Of a stretch of DNA of 64,000 nucleotides, positions 31,801 through 41,067 are shown one piece after another (positions within the stretch are counted from its first letter, which is position 1; every line of letters starts with the position of its first letter). The stretch is from Deltaproteobacteria bacterium TL4 (GTDB lineage Bacteria; SAR324; NAC60-12): the NCBI GenBank assembly GCA_051382335.1, contig JBBCAX010000349.1, positions 1-64,000 of the forward strand, in the 5' to 3' direction. The notes under the pieces were generated by a model, which did not search any database, had not been told where the DNA came from, and saw only the letters and a program-made list of their open reading frames with translations. A program made the translations under genes and the position numbers.

Positions 31801-34673
31801 GTTTGGGACGTTTGCAGAAAGTTGCCGTGGATTTATACATCGCGGGAAAGACACCTGTTGCCTGGGAAAAGCCCAAATCTCAAGTTTTTGAAATGACTCT
31901 GGCTCAAAACGAGTATAACCCTGGAGAAACAGCGACTCTTCTGTTAAAAAGTCCCTATCAACAAGCGAATGCCTTAATTATTCTCGAAACTCCTACCGAT
32001 AATCAATATCATTGGGTCGAAATATCAAACGGCCAGGGCGTTTTTTCATTTCCTGTCCATGAGAACATGACACCAAGAATGCCGCTCCATGCTCTTTTAT
32101 TGCGGGGTCGTTTGGAGGGAAAGTTACCTTCTACAGAAAACGAAGACCGTTACCGGCCTATTGCCATGGGAAGCACCGCATGGGTCAAAGTTCAGCCTAA
32201 AAATAACCGCATGAATGTAACGTTAACACACCCCCCGAACAGCCTGCCGGGCGCGTCTCTCCCCTTAACCATCGAACTGAGTGATCCTGAGGGAAAGCCT
32301 CTGAGTGGTGAAGTGACGCTTTGGCTTGTCGATCAGGCGGTGTTAGCCTTAGGAAAGGAACAAGCGTTGGACCCCGTACCCGCGTTTATGGATCCAGTCT
32401 TTTCGCGGATAAGGTTCAGAGATTTGCGAAATCAAATTATTGGCGAGATTTCCTTAGAAGAAAACCCGGGTGGAGATGGAACCAGGGATGACGCGGAATT
32501 ATTCCGACAAGTGACTGTCCGTAAAAACTTCAAAACCATGCCTTATTATAACCCTGCGTTGAACGTCCTTAAAGGAAAAGTTCAAGTGACCATTGAACTG
32601 CCTGACAACCTGACCGATTTCGCTATACGTGCTGTCGCAACAGAGGGGCTTGCCCGTTTTGGGCATGCTAAATCAACGTTATCCGTTCGCCTTCCTCTTA
32701 TCGTACAGTCGGCATTGCCTCGTTTTGTCCGGCCTGGAGATCGTTTTATCGCAGGAGGCATTGGACGTGTTGTGGAAGGCCTGGGAGGAGACGGGATGGT
32801 TGAACTGCAAGCTGAAGGAGTGGTCGTTGAGGGCGCGCTTCAACGCAAAATTAACTGGGTTAAAGATCAACCAGAGCCGCTTTTCTTTCCCATGACCGTG
32901 AACCAGCTTACCCCCATTGATGGCGCGGAAGAGAGTCACATTGTGATCCGTATGGCCGTCAAAAGAAACAGCGATAATGCGAAGGACGCGTTTGAAATCA
33001 AATTACCTGTCAAACCAGACCGTGAAAGAGTGCACCTTGAAAGTATGGCTCAAATTCAACCCCAGCAAATACTGTCTTTTTCGACTCCTGAAGAAGACAT
33101 GCGTCCGGGCTATGTGACTCAAGCGATAGTCCTTACCCAGGAACCTGCGCTGATTAAAATGCTTGCCGGATTGAATTACTTAATCAGTTATCCACATGGC
33201 TGCACCGAACAGCGTATCAGTCGAATGATGGCGGAACTGGCCTTGCAAGCGTTACTGGATCCAATGGGGCCTAATCAACGAAAAACAGCGATTAAAGCCT
33301 CCATGGAAACAACCTTGGCGTATTTGGAAATCACACAGAAGCCCAACGGACTTTATAGTTACTGGCCAGGATCTCAAGGATATGTCAGTTTAACCGCCTA
33401 TGTTGTGGAGTTTTTACTGTTGGCTAAACAGCAAGGATATCCTGTCAAGGAAGCTTTATTGGAACGAAGTCTTCAAGCTTTAAAAGATTCTTTAAGAACC
33501 GATTATAGCTCCTTTATTGATGGAGCCTCCTTTATAGAACGGGCCGAAGCTCTTTACGCCTTATCCAAAGCGGGAATGTTTGAAGAGGGATACGCTCGTG
33601 ATTTATTTGTTCGGGCCATGAATATGGATCTTTATAGTGAAGCAAAAATCATGACCACCTTAATGGATCGGTATGGAAACAATACCGATGAGGTGAGAAA
33701 ACTTAAAACGGATTTATGGAAAAGCCTGATATTTAAATTACATGACGGCAAAGAAAGGTATCAGGGGTTGCAATACCGGTCCCAAACTTGGGGAGGACTG
33801 ATTCTTTCGAGTGAAGTGAAAACCCTGGCGAATGTCAGTCGGGCTCTTTACCACTCCGAACCTGAAAACCCCAGAGTTCGTTTGTTGGTGGACGAATTGA
33901 TTTCCCGTGGAAATCAGGATGGTTGGGGTAGCACCAGTGCCACGACGGCAGCACTCTTGTCGTTGGGCGAAGCTCTGAAAACCCCACAACCCTCTCAACA
34001 GGAACACAAAATTGAGTTAATTTTTGGTGATAAGACAACCATCCTCAATACCGCGGGTAAGGTAATGACCGAGCATACATCGCATGAGACCGCTCTTGGC
34101 AAAGTTCAATATCGGAGCGGACCTGAAGAGACAATACCTTTTGCTAAACTGACCTTGGAATATCTTCCTTCAAAATCAGGCGATCACGTTCAACAAAAAA
34201 ACGCGGGATTTGTAGTCGATCGTGAGCTGCTCATCATTCAGGAAGGCAACATGCCTCCGGTCAGACAAAAGGCTGTCGCGGGACAAAACATTGAATTACC
34301 GATGGGAGCCATTATTGAAGAGCATGTTCGTGTCGTCAATCCTTCACCTCGTAACTTTGTCGCTGTTCAGGTCCCTTTTGCCGCGGGTTTTGAACCCCTC
34401 AATCCCAATCTGGCAACTTCTCCTAAAGAAGCCCTCCCTACAGGGATGATGACGCAAACTCCTGATTATTCACTATACGAGGATGATCAAGTAACCTTTT
34501 ATTACGATGTCTTACCTAAGGGCGTTTATGATTTTTATTTTCGTCTTCGAACAAGCATTGAAGGGAGCTTTGTTCATCCTTCAGCAAAAACAGAAATGAT
34601 GTATCACCAGGCTGTTTATGGATGGTCTGAAGGAACTCGTGTCCTGATTAAACCCCGCACGCTTAATCCATGA
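28899..34673 (+). CDS. Bacterial alpha-2-macroglobulin with thioester motif
   Basis: ERPVYRPEE, YRIPRFE, LVDQAVL, bait-like GGDG...VRKNF, LPDNLT, PRFVRPGD and YPHGCTEQ. Start reassigned to ATG at 28899 (AAGGTGG RBS). Confidence 0.93.
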   Translation: MWKRIIGCLCLGIFLYGNPQRGFAQKSIPEHIIGADKTTVVPEAFLRAYDPITIFFNKDEGPAEGGPVDQLEKWMIMTPEHPGEARWLDARTLQFFPTIAWPALSRYTLLVKQEKKSLVTLMHPPSHLSPSPGSVELEPLRDWMFRFENRMDLQKLKSMISLEVLPLPGVGNANQVWITENDFTLKEIERTSLHSPVEYQLTLHRPIDYGKKAILHFRLSLDETTSSSVARYAFSTKALFRITGLGCGSFLYPVSVKGSVYSMDQALNCGDALPSFFLQFSERLGPVSMEEVKRLVSFSPAVQSFRYEVSGSRLQLFFDVARDKPYELRLNSMVLRSVSNRELAPFGEVSTFFYYTQESPYLRWQQSQGLVEQYGPQQFPMEGRGEEQLDLRIYKIDPLDRNFWPFPNSPLALNDQNRPPGPGEEPEPGTRMPEQIQLLGSPLVSTLVPLPTKERSGGLKFGLDLQPHFTKISGPSQPGTYLVGYRNIGSSTTRQFVRTQVTDLSLSTIEEESAVTFIVTSLKTGKPLTDATVSVEGEYESSHPLYSPKDVDKWQVLISGITNTQGQFRYEQVERIKAQIRRIAVQRENERLVLNPQYPPPHFANNHWYHEESPWLDWLNRDTQHNREKAIRKVFLFIERPVYRPEEPVHIKGFLRLRQQGMLKHEPDRPRTLVIQGPGNKEWTYPVRLNKMGSFYHKFEEKDLPTGMYQAYLLDEQSFEHLGSAQFKKESYRIPRFEINISGPDKVPLDQPFQLTMTADYYAGGRVVGQDVSWQATQFQYRFSPPRFPGFLFSTDERFLSGHPFRSSGSLRKQEKTDENGASFFTLNPAVELDGKPRQYVVEVTVRGADEQTVSATKTVLALPAFMLGIKVDRFLNQATTISPQLLVLNHEGKPLEGQEFRLRLLHRQWHSYLKESDFTTGKIQYVNDVVDVPVIEKRMVSEQNPMTTPLTVEESGVYVVEMTAKDRLGRLQKVAVDLYIAGKTPVAWEKPKSQVFEMTLAQNEYNPGETATLLLKSPYQQANALIILETPTDNQYHWVEISNGQGVFSFPVHENMTPRMPLHALLLRGRLEGKLPSTENEDRYRPIAMGSTAWVKVQPKNNRMNVTLTHPPNSLPGASLPLTIELSDPEGKPLSGEVTLWLVDQAVLALGKEQALDPVPAFMDPVFSRIRFRDLRNQIIGEISLEENPGGDGTRDDAELFRQVTVRKNFKTMPYYNPALNVLKGKVQVTIELPDNLTDFAIRAVATEGLARFGHAKSTLSVRLPLIVQSALPRFVRPGDRFIAGGIGRVVEGLGGDGMVELQAEGVVVEGALQRKINWVKDQPEPLFFPMTVNQLTPIDGAEESHIVIRMAVKRNSDNAKDAFEIKLPVKPDRERVHLESMAQIQPQQILSFSTPEEDMRPGYVTQAIVLTQEPALIKMLAGLNYLISYPHGCTEQRISRMMAELALQALLDPMGPNQRKTAIKASMETTLAYLEITQKPNGLYSYWPGSQGYVSLTAYVVEFLLLAKQQGYPVKEALLERSLQALKDSLRTDYSSFIDGASFIERAEALYALSKAGMFEEGYARDLFVRAMNMDLYSEAKIMTTLMDRYGNNTDEVRKLKTDLWKSLIFKLHDGKERYQGLQYRSQTWGGLILSSEVKTLANVSRALYHSEPENPRVRLLVDELISRGNQDGWGSTSATTAALLSLGEALKTPQPSQQEHKIELIFGDKTTILNTAGKVMTEHTSHETALGKVQYRSGPEETIPFAKLTLEYLPSKSGDHVQQKNAGFVVDRELLIIQEGNMPPVRQKAVAGQNIELPMGAIIEEHVRVVNPSPRNFVAVQVPFAAGFEPLNPNLATSPKEALPTGMMTQTPDYSLYEDDQVTFYYDVLPKGVYDFYFRLRTSIEGSFVHPSAKTEMMYHQAVYGWSEGTRVLIKPRTLNP

Positions 34674-37042
34674 TGACTGGGAATCGTTTAAATCCGTCTA
34701 AAATTGCGATCACCGTTGCGTTTTTAATCATCGGACCGCTTTTAATCGCCTTCGTTGGATACAAGGAACTTAAGGGGAAAATTCAACTGACGGCTCCTCT
34801 CTCTACGCCCTTAATCGAAGATCGGCAGGGCCAATTTATTACAGAAGGCAATTCCAGTTATCAACAGGATTTAGGCTTCTGGGAAATCAAGGGTGAGCTT
34901 CCAGAAAGGATGAAACAGGCCCTCCTGGTGATTGAAGACCGACGTTTTTACAAACATCAAGGCGTGGATCTCCGTGCTCTTTTTCGAGCGTCTTGGTACA
35001 CCTTGACTCATGATACCCGTCAAGGCGCTTCAACCTTGGCCATGCAGATCATTCGGATGCAAAATCCCGGTGAACGTACCTACTGGCATAAACTATGGGA
35101 AATGATCGCGGCCCTCGGGTTGATTCATAAATATGGATATGACGCCGTACTTCGGCATTATTTAAAGATAGCACCTCAAGGAAATAGAATTCATGGAGTT
35201 TCTTATGCGGCAAGGAAGTATTTCCAGAAGCCTTTGAGTGATTTGAGTTGGAGTGAGGCCGCGGTCCTTGCTAGCTTGCCCAAAGCTCCTGGAAGCATGA
35301 ATGTTTATAATTATTATGGATTCCAAAAAGCCTTAACACGGGCAAACCTGATTCTGGAATTATTGAAACAACATAAGTTCTTGAATCAAGAAGAGTATCA
35401 GGCGTCCACACGAGAGTTAAAAAACCTTCCGATGCCCGTAAAAATAGCTCAGCCCTACCATAGCTATCATGCGATTATCAAAATGAAACAGGCACTCCAA
35501 CAACTACCCGGTTTTGCCTATGCTCAACCTTTGCATTCAGGAATGGATCTGCGAATCCAAAGTGAAATTGATACGTTGGCAAGCGCGACAATTCGACAAC
35601 TTCGCCTTCAAGGCGCGGGAAATGTTTCAGTCATAGTAACCGAAAAAGCCACAGGACTGATTGTGGGATATCTCGGATCAGAGTTTTATTACGACGATTG
35701 GTATGCCGGAGCCATTGATTACGCGTCAGTCCCCCGCTCCTCAGGAAGTACCTTAAAGCCATTTATTTACGCGTTAGGCCTGGAGGGGAAATACTTTACC
35801 CCGTCAAGCATTCTAACCGATCTTCCCTTAACGATTCATTATTCTGGTGGTAATTATAGTGTTCGTAACTTTGATGAAAAATATTTGGGGCCTGTCATCT
35901 ATCGCAAGGCCTTAGCCAATAGTCGAAATGTTCCCGCGGTTCAAATTCTTAGAGCGATTGGACTGGAGGAAACTTATCAGCTTTTTGATCGTTTGGGGTT
36001 AATCAAGGACTCAAAACCCGCTGATTATTATGGCTTAGGAATGGCCATCGGGGGCTTGTATGTGACCTTGGAAGACTTGGTCAGAGCTTATGGTGTTTTA
36101 GCAAATGAAGGGATGTCTTTTAATCAACACTGGTTTGTCAAGGATTCAAACGCTTCCCGCACCCGCCTCCTTTCTGAAGAAACAACCCGTCAAATTTCTC
36201 TGTTTCTTTCTGATCCTCAAGCGAGATTGCCTTCCTTTCCCCGGAAAACGATGCTGGAATATCCCTTTCCTGTTGCCGTAAAAACAGGAACGTCTCAAGG
36301 CTTTCGAGACGCCTGGACGCTTGCCTATAGCTCACGTTATATTGTGGGCGCATGGATCGGGCATCATAATAATGAACCCATGAAACATGTCAGTGGCATA
36401 GATACAGCTCGGCTGGTCAAGCAAATATTAGTCTTTCTACATCCAGAGGAAAGCCGTGGTATTCATGAAACCCCTTTTCCTCCTCCGCAAGGTTATGAGT
36501 CTGTTAAACTATGCGGATTGAATGGTCAACCTGCGACTGAGGCGTGTCCTGAAGTGTTTTTAGAGTATTTTCTTCCAGATCTGGCACCGAAAAAGAAAGG
36601 GGAATTCCAACAAAAAATAGTTGTAGATCAACGAACTGGTACCGTTCCAACCACAGAAACCCCTTCAAAACAGGTCGCGCTCAAAAATTATGTGGAGTTG
36701 CCTGCTCAGTTTTATGAATGGGGAACTCAGCAGGGATATAATGTTTCCGCACTTTTGGACTCACCTTGGAAAACTTACGTAAAAATTCAAGAACCTGTAC
36801 ATCAAAGTGTATTTATTATTGATCCTGATACGCCTCAAGCTCTTCAAACGCTGGCTTTAAGAGCAGAGACGATGCCCCTTGTCTCAGAAATAATATGGAA
36901 GGTTGATGGAAGGTTGTTTGGAAGGGCTTATTATCCATACACATTGCGCTGGCCCTTGTCTCCGGGAGAGCATACCTTTCAAGCCCATTTTCCTCACGCG
37001 AATGTAGTCAGTGAGGCTGTAACCATTACGGTGTCAAAGTAA
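34670..37042 (+). CDS. pbpC: Penicillin-binding protein 1C
   Basis: EDRRFYKHQGVD and GASTLAMQ (transglycosylase); GSTLKP, SRN and KTGT (transpeptidase); ATGA overlap with the A2M stop. Confidence 0.9.
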   Translation: MMTGNRLNPSKIAITVAFLIIGPLLIAFVGYKELKGKIQLTAPLSTPLIEDRQGQFITEGNSSYQQDLGFWEIKGELPERMKQALLVIEDRRFYKHQGVDLRALFRASWYTLTHDTRQGASTLAMQIIRMQNPGERTYWHKLWEMIAALGLIHKYGYDAVLRHYLKIAPQGNRIHGVSYAARKYFQKPLSDLSWSEAAVLASLPKAPGSMNVYNYYGFQKALTRANLILELLKQHKFLNQEEYQASTRELKNLPMPVKIAQPYHSYHAIIKMKQALQQLPGFAYAQPLHSGMDLRIQSEIDTLASATIRQLRLQGAGNVSVIVTEKATGLIVGYLGSEFYYDDWYAGAIDYASVPRSSGSTLKPFIYALGLEGKYFTPSSILTDLPLTIHYSGGNYSVRNFDEKYLGPVIYRKALANSRNVPAVQILRAIGLEETYQLFDRLGLIKDSKPADYYGLGMAIGGLYVTLEDLVRAYGVLANEGMSFNQHWFVKDSNASRTRLLSEETTRQISLFLSDPQARLPSFPRKTMLEYPFPVAVKTGTSQGFRDAWTLAYSSRYIVGAWIGHHNNEPMKHVSGIDTARLVKQILVFLHPEESRGIHETPFPPPQGYESVKLCGLNGQPATEACPEVFLEYFLPDLAPKKKGEFQQKIVVDQRTGTVPTTETPSKQVALKNYVELPAQFYEWGTQQGYNVSALLDSPWKTYVKIQEPVHQSVFIIDPDTPQALQTLALRAETMPLVSEIIWKVDGRLFGRAYYPYTLRWPLSPGEHTFQAHFPHANVVSEAVTITVSK

Positions 37043-37115
37043 TTGAGGCTTAGACAAAAAACCAAGGTTACGATCAGCCTGATGTCTCCAGGTGAGAAAG
37101 AACCAAGGAATGGAC

Positions 37116-38825
37116 TTACTCCCTGATCATTTCCGAGTGTCTGCCATGAAATCCTAGAGAAATATCATTCGTTAACTCTCCCTTTTCTAAAACAAATCCA
37201 TCTTGAGGGACTGTGATCACACGGCTTCCAACATCGACTTCTCCATCATCGGCAAGGATCTGGTTGAAATTTTCGCTTAGGTTTCCCCGTTGCCCTGTCA
37301 TCTTTTCAATAAAATAATTGCTCCTTGACGCAATTTTTTCCACCACCAGGACCAAGGCGGGATAAGGGTAACCTGCCGCAGCAGCGGCTTGGCGGAGTTG
37401 TTTTTTATTGAGTTGTTTGAGGCGCTCAATGAACGCCAGCACATCCTGTTGGGTCGTTTGATACCAGGCAGAAACATCCCTCTGACGAGTTGGGATGGTG
37501 ATTGTGGGCGCCCCCTTGGTGTCTTGTTGAATATCAAAGCCTATCGAAAATTGATTAGGATGAGGCTCAAAAGCGAGTCCTAAATCATGCACGACAAATT
37601 GATATTGATAATTTCCACTACAGTCCGGATTATCACATTTCAAAAGAATGCGATTGTTATCATACTTTATGTCTTCATTTCCTAACCAGTAATGCAGCAA
37701 GCCTAATAACCGGACAGCACGTAATTCCGGATTGCCTAACGCATCAAAAGACCACGATCCTACTCTTACAATCTTCGGATCTCTTCTTTCTAAAACAACT
37801 TCTTTAAACATCAAATACTGAATGTGTTTACGGTTTTGCTGATAGAGTTTTTGAACCTCAGGCTGATATTCTGCTGTCGCAATTAAAGAAATCGTCGTCC
37901 CGTCTTTCAAATGGATTGCTGAAAGTGAGTCTTCCAAACGGCGTGCGTGGCCCTCAAACAATTGTTCCAAAACCTCAGTGTATTCCACTCTCAGTTCCCG
38001 TACATGAAAGACTTCATCGACGGGAAATCCCAAGCCCCAAGCTAAATGCGTTGCTAAAGGTTCCCGATAGGATTCCCAACCTATTTTGACTTTCCATTCC
38101 GTATCCCGGTTAACATCCTTGACAAAAAAACCAGTAGATTTTCCTCGTTCCGATTTAGTGTGAATAAAACGATAAACATGGGATGAATCCATTAAATAAT
38201 CTATTTCCTCAGGCGTAGCATAAGCGTAGTACAGATTTCGCTGAGCAATGGATTCAATGGAAGGATCCATAAAATAAGCTTCAATCGCTTGTTTTTCATA
38301 AGGATGAGGGTCCGATTTTAATACAATTCGTTCAGTACATTCTTGCAGAAAGCTTCGATCGGTTACTAATTCGCCCCAACGTAAGTGGTTATAAAGGGTG
38401 AGCCATTGTTTTTTTTCTGAAAGCTTGGAACTTTTTTCCAGTCGACGAATCAAATCCAGTTTCACATAAGCCGTCCGTCCCTTTTTCGATAAAGGCTCGT
38501 GATAGGATAGACGCTTCTCAGGTAATGCCTGATTGATCAGCGTTTCCTGCTCTTGACGTTGACGTTCTTCTTCCTGAATACGGTTCCATAAACGATTTTG
38601 TTCGTTGCGTATTAAGTCTTCATCATACAACAATTCACTCTGCTCATCAATGGCAATGGAGGTCAGTTTTTGCGTAAAATCACAACTTTGTGGTGCACTA
38701 TCCGTGACTTCCAGACGATCACCACAGGAACTTAATAGAGCCCCTGAGAAGACGAATCCCAAAATCAAAAAGGTGTAAGGAAATTTACGAAATGGACGAA
38801 ATCTGGGGTTCCACATAGGGTTCAT
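37116..38825 (-). CDS. Lipoprotein with atypical kinase-like motifs
   Basis: Lipobox LLSSC, WKVK, ExxxE, NEDIKYDNN and HDLG. Start is uncertain (38816-38864). Confidence 0.6.
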   Translation of the reverse strand: MNPMWNPRFRPFRKFPYTFLILGFVFSGALLSSCGDRLEVTDSAPQSCDFTQKLTSIAIDEQSELLYDEDLIRNEQNRLWNRIQEEERQRQEQETLINQALPEKRLSYHEPLSKKGRTAYVKLDLIRRLEKSSKLSEKKQWLTLYNHLRWGELVTDRSFLQECTERIVLKSDPHPYEKQAIEAYFMDPSIESIAQRNLYYAYATPEEIDYLMDSSHVYRFIHTKSERGKSTGFFVKDVNRDTEWKVKIGWESYREPLATHLAWGLGFPVDEVFHVRELRVEYTEVLEQLFEGHARRLEDSLSAIHLKDGTTISLIATAEYQPEVQKLYQQNRKHIQYLMFKEVVLERRDPKIVRVGSWSFDALGNPELRAVRLLGLLHYWLGNEDIKYDNNRILLKCDNPDCSGNYQYQFVVHDLGLAFEPHPNQFSIGFDIQQDTKGAPTITIPTRQRDVSAWYQTTQQDVLAFIERLKQLNKKQLRQAAAAAGYPYPALVLVVEKIASRSNYFIEKMTGQRGNLSENFNQILADDGEVDVGSRVITVPQDGFVLEKGELTNDISLGFHGRHSEMIRE

Positions 38826-38961
38826 CAGGGACATCAAGAACAATAGTTGGATGGCGATTGACAACGTTAGAATTTTTTATTGACTTGCAGAGATGCAACT
38901 CACAGCCCTTATTTCTTTTTTGTCCCTTCTGCCACAAAACTCAAGATCCAAAAGGAAAACT

Positions 38962-38990
38962 AAAAAAATCCCGGCACCAAGGATCCCGGG
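38962..38990 (-). terminator. Intrinsic terminator upstream of the lipoprotein gene
   Basis: Minus strand CCCGG...CCGGG hairpin followed by ATTTTTTT. Confidence 0.5.
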
Positions 38991-39192
38991 CGTTTGTCAC
39001 TGTCGCGGAATAGATATTAGCCTTTAGGGGTGAGGTCTTGTTATTAAACACCTGTAATATCAGCCTATTTTTAAAACGAAGTTCTCATCCCTAAAGGCTG
39101 AAAGCCAATGAAGCGACAAAGACTTGTGAGAATTTGATTAAAATTGCCTTGCAACCCTTCCTCGAATAATGTAGTTATCTGCGGCTCATTCA

Positions 39193-39278
39193 GGAGGGGT
39201 GGGAGAGTGGTTTAATCCGGCGGTCTTGAAAACCGTTGTGCGCGAGTACCGGGGGTTCGAATCCCTCCCCCTCCGCCA
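39193..39278 (+). tRNA. tRNA-Ser(TGA)
   Basis: Cloverleaf, anticodon arm GCGGT-CT-TGA-AA-ACCGT, variable arm, TTCGAA loop and encoded CCA. Confidence 0.97.
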
Positions 39279-39315
39279 ATAAAAAACGTCTTTCGGCGTT
39301 AATTTTTCTCTGTGC

Positions 39316-39405
39316 GGAGAGATGACTGAGAGGCCGAAAGTGGCAGATTGCTAATCTGTTGTACTCGCAAGGGTACCCAGGGTTCGAATCCCTGTCTCTC
39401 CGCCA
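39316..39405 (+). tRNA. tRNA-Ser(GCT)
   Basis: GCAGA-TT-GCT-AA-TCTGT, long variable arm and CCA end. Confidence 0.97.
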
Positions 39406-39425
39406 TATAAAAACCTGCTCATAAC

Positions 39426-39502
39426 GCACCCGTGGCTCAGCTGGATAGAGCATCTGATTGCGGTTCAGAGGGTCGGGCGTTCGAATCGCTCCGGGTGCAC
39501 CA
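39426..39502 (+). tRNA. tRNA-Arg(GCG)
   Basis: GCACCCG/CGGGTGC acceptor stem, TCTGA-TT-GCG-GT-TCAGA anticodon arm and CCA end. Confidence 0.95.
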
Positions 39503-39603
39503 ATCTTTCAAGGGTTTACTTTTTCTATTTTAGAAAAGATAGTGAAAAAAACCATCCAAACACCAGTAAACTTCTTGCATAATTTTTTGATCAACTCCTC
39601 AAA

Positions 39604-41067
39604 ATGCATCTCAGTTGGTTGTTTTTTCCCGGATTTATGGCAATTCTTTGGAGTCTTCGGCATCGATTGATGCTGATTGGCGTTGTGTTGATGTCAGCAT
39701 GTGGTTTATTGGCTTACCAACTCTTTATCCAACTTCCTGAATGGGAAACCACCTTAACTCAAGGCCTGGATCAACAGCAAACGGTATGGGTTCGCGGAAA
39801 AATCCAAAGAGCTCATCTGGAGAACAACGAGGCCCAATTACATCTGATTGCTGTTGACATGTTTGCTTCTGAACAAGAGACAGAACTCCATGAAATTTTT
39901 GTCACATTTCCCACCTATCCCGGTCGCCAACCCCGGTTTTTTCGGCAACGTCATATACAAATCAGTGGGACGCTTAACGAAGTGAAAGCAGAAAGCCAAC
40001 GTCTTCATCTATCTTTTGCCAAAGCGCATTTCCATGATGTGCAGACTCCTGAAAGTGCTTTTCAACGACGGCGGAGCAGCTTCCATGCGCGACTGGTGAA
40101 TCGTGCGCAGTTTTATCTTTCTGAAAAAGCAGCCTCACTCTATTTGCCGGTCACTTTGGCCAACAGTGTCTATTTGCCTGAAGTCCGCAATTTATTCAGT
40201 GAAACAGGCGTCTCCCACTTATTAGCAATCAGCGGGTTACATATTGCGCTCATCTATGGAATGGTGCTTTGGGGGCTCCAGAGCATAGGCGGACGTGTTA
40301 CACAATGGATGCTTTGGCCTTATTTCATTCCCTTTTCTCAAACAATGACGTTAATAGGGTTATGGGGCTATATCTTCCTTTTGGGGTTTCCTCTACCGGC
40401 TTTACGTGCGGTATGTATGTTGTCACTCTGGGTTGTGATCCGTTGGAGTGGGCAACAACAACACCCGCTGTATCTCCTTTTTCTCACAGCGTTAGGGTTT
40501 ATGATTCAGCAACCTACAACCATTTATGACGTGTCCTTTCAACTTTCATTTATGGCGGTATTTTACATTTTGTTATTTGCCCGATTTCTGAGTATAAACC
40601 TTGAAAAGGTGTCACTCTTTCACCGAATGCTCCATTATTTGTGGGCGAGTTTTGTAGTGACAGGAAGTGTTTCACTGGGTTTGTGGCCAATCCTGGTGAG
40701 TTATTTTCATGCTTTTTCTTTTGAGGTTTTTTGGCTGAATTTAATTCTGATTCCCCTCTTGGGTTTGGTCATCTTACCCCTTTGTTTAATCGCCCTGTTA
40801 AGCAGTCTTGTGTTGCTCAACGAGGTTCCTTTTCATTTTTTAGAATCGTGGAGTTTTCAACTGGTGGAGTGGGGAATGCAGGGATGGCTTTGGGGGTTAA
40901 GCCATTTACACCAGTGGGCCTCCTGGGCCCAATGGCATCTGAGTTTAGAGTGGGAACCCTTCGATTTTTTCTTATATTATGGAAGCACAGGACTCCTTTG
41001 GTACGTTCTCAAAAGGTGGCAAGAAGCCTTTAGACCACATCTGAGGAACCACCACGGCCTCCAATAA
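39604..41067 (+). CDS. comEC: ComEC/Rec2 competence membrane protein lacking the C-terminal beta-lactamase-like domain
   Basis: TGVSHLLAISGLHI, ALRA and DVSFQLSF. Confidence 0.85.
   Translation: MHLSWLFFPGFMAILWSLRHRLMLIGVVLMSACGLLAYQLFIQLPEWETTLTQGLDQQQTVWVRGKIQRAHLENNEAQLHLIAVDMFASEQETELHEIFVTFPTYPGRQPRFFRQRHIQISGTLNEVKAESQRLHLSFAKAHFHDVQTPESAFQRRRSSFHARLVNRAQFYLSEKAASLYLPVTLANSVYLPEVRNLFSETGVSHLLAISGLHIALIYGMVLWGLQSIGGRVTQWMLWPYFIPFSQTMTLIGLWGYIFLLGFPLPALRAVCMLSLWVVIRWSGQQQHPLYLLFLTALGFMIQQPTTIYDVSFQLSFMAVFYILLFARFLSINLEKVSLFHRMLHYLWASFVVTGSVSLGLWPILVSYFHAFSFEVFWLNLILIPLLGLVILPLCLIALLSSLVLLNEVPFHFLESWSFQLVEWGMQGWLWGLSHLHQWASWAQWHLSLEWEPFDFFLYYGSTGLLWYVLKRWQEAFRPHLRNHHGLQ

Noticed and set aside
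39190..39453. 87-aa minus-strand ORF
   Set aside because: It is antisense to the tRNA genes, a classic spurious ORF.
39193..39600. tRNA-anchored integrative element
   Set aside because: No integrase and no duplicated tRNA 3' end were seen. The same holds for the tRNA at 63169.
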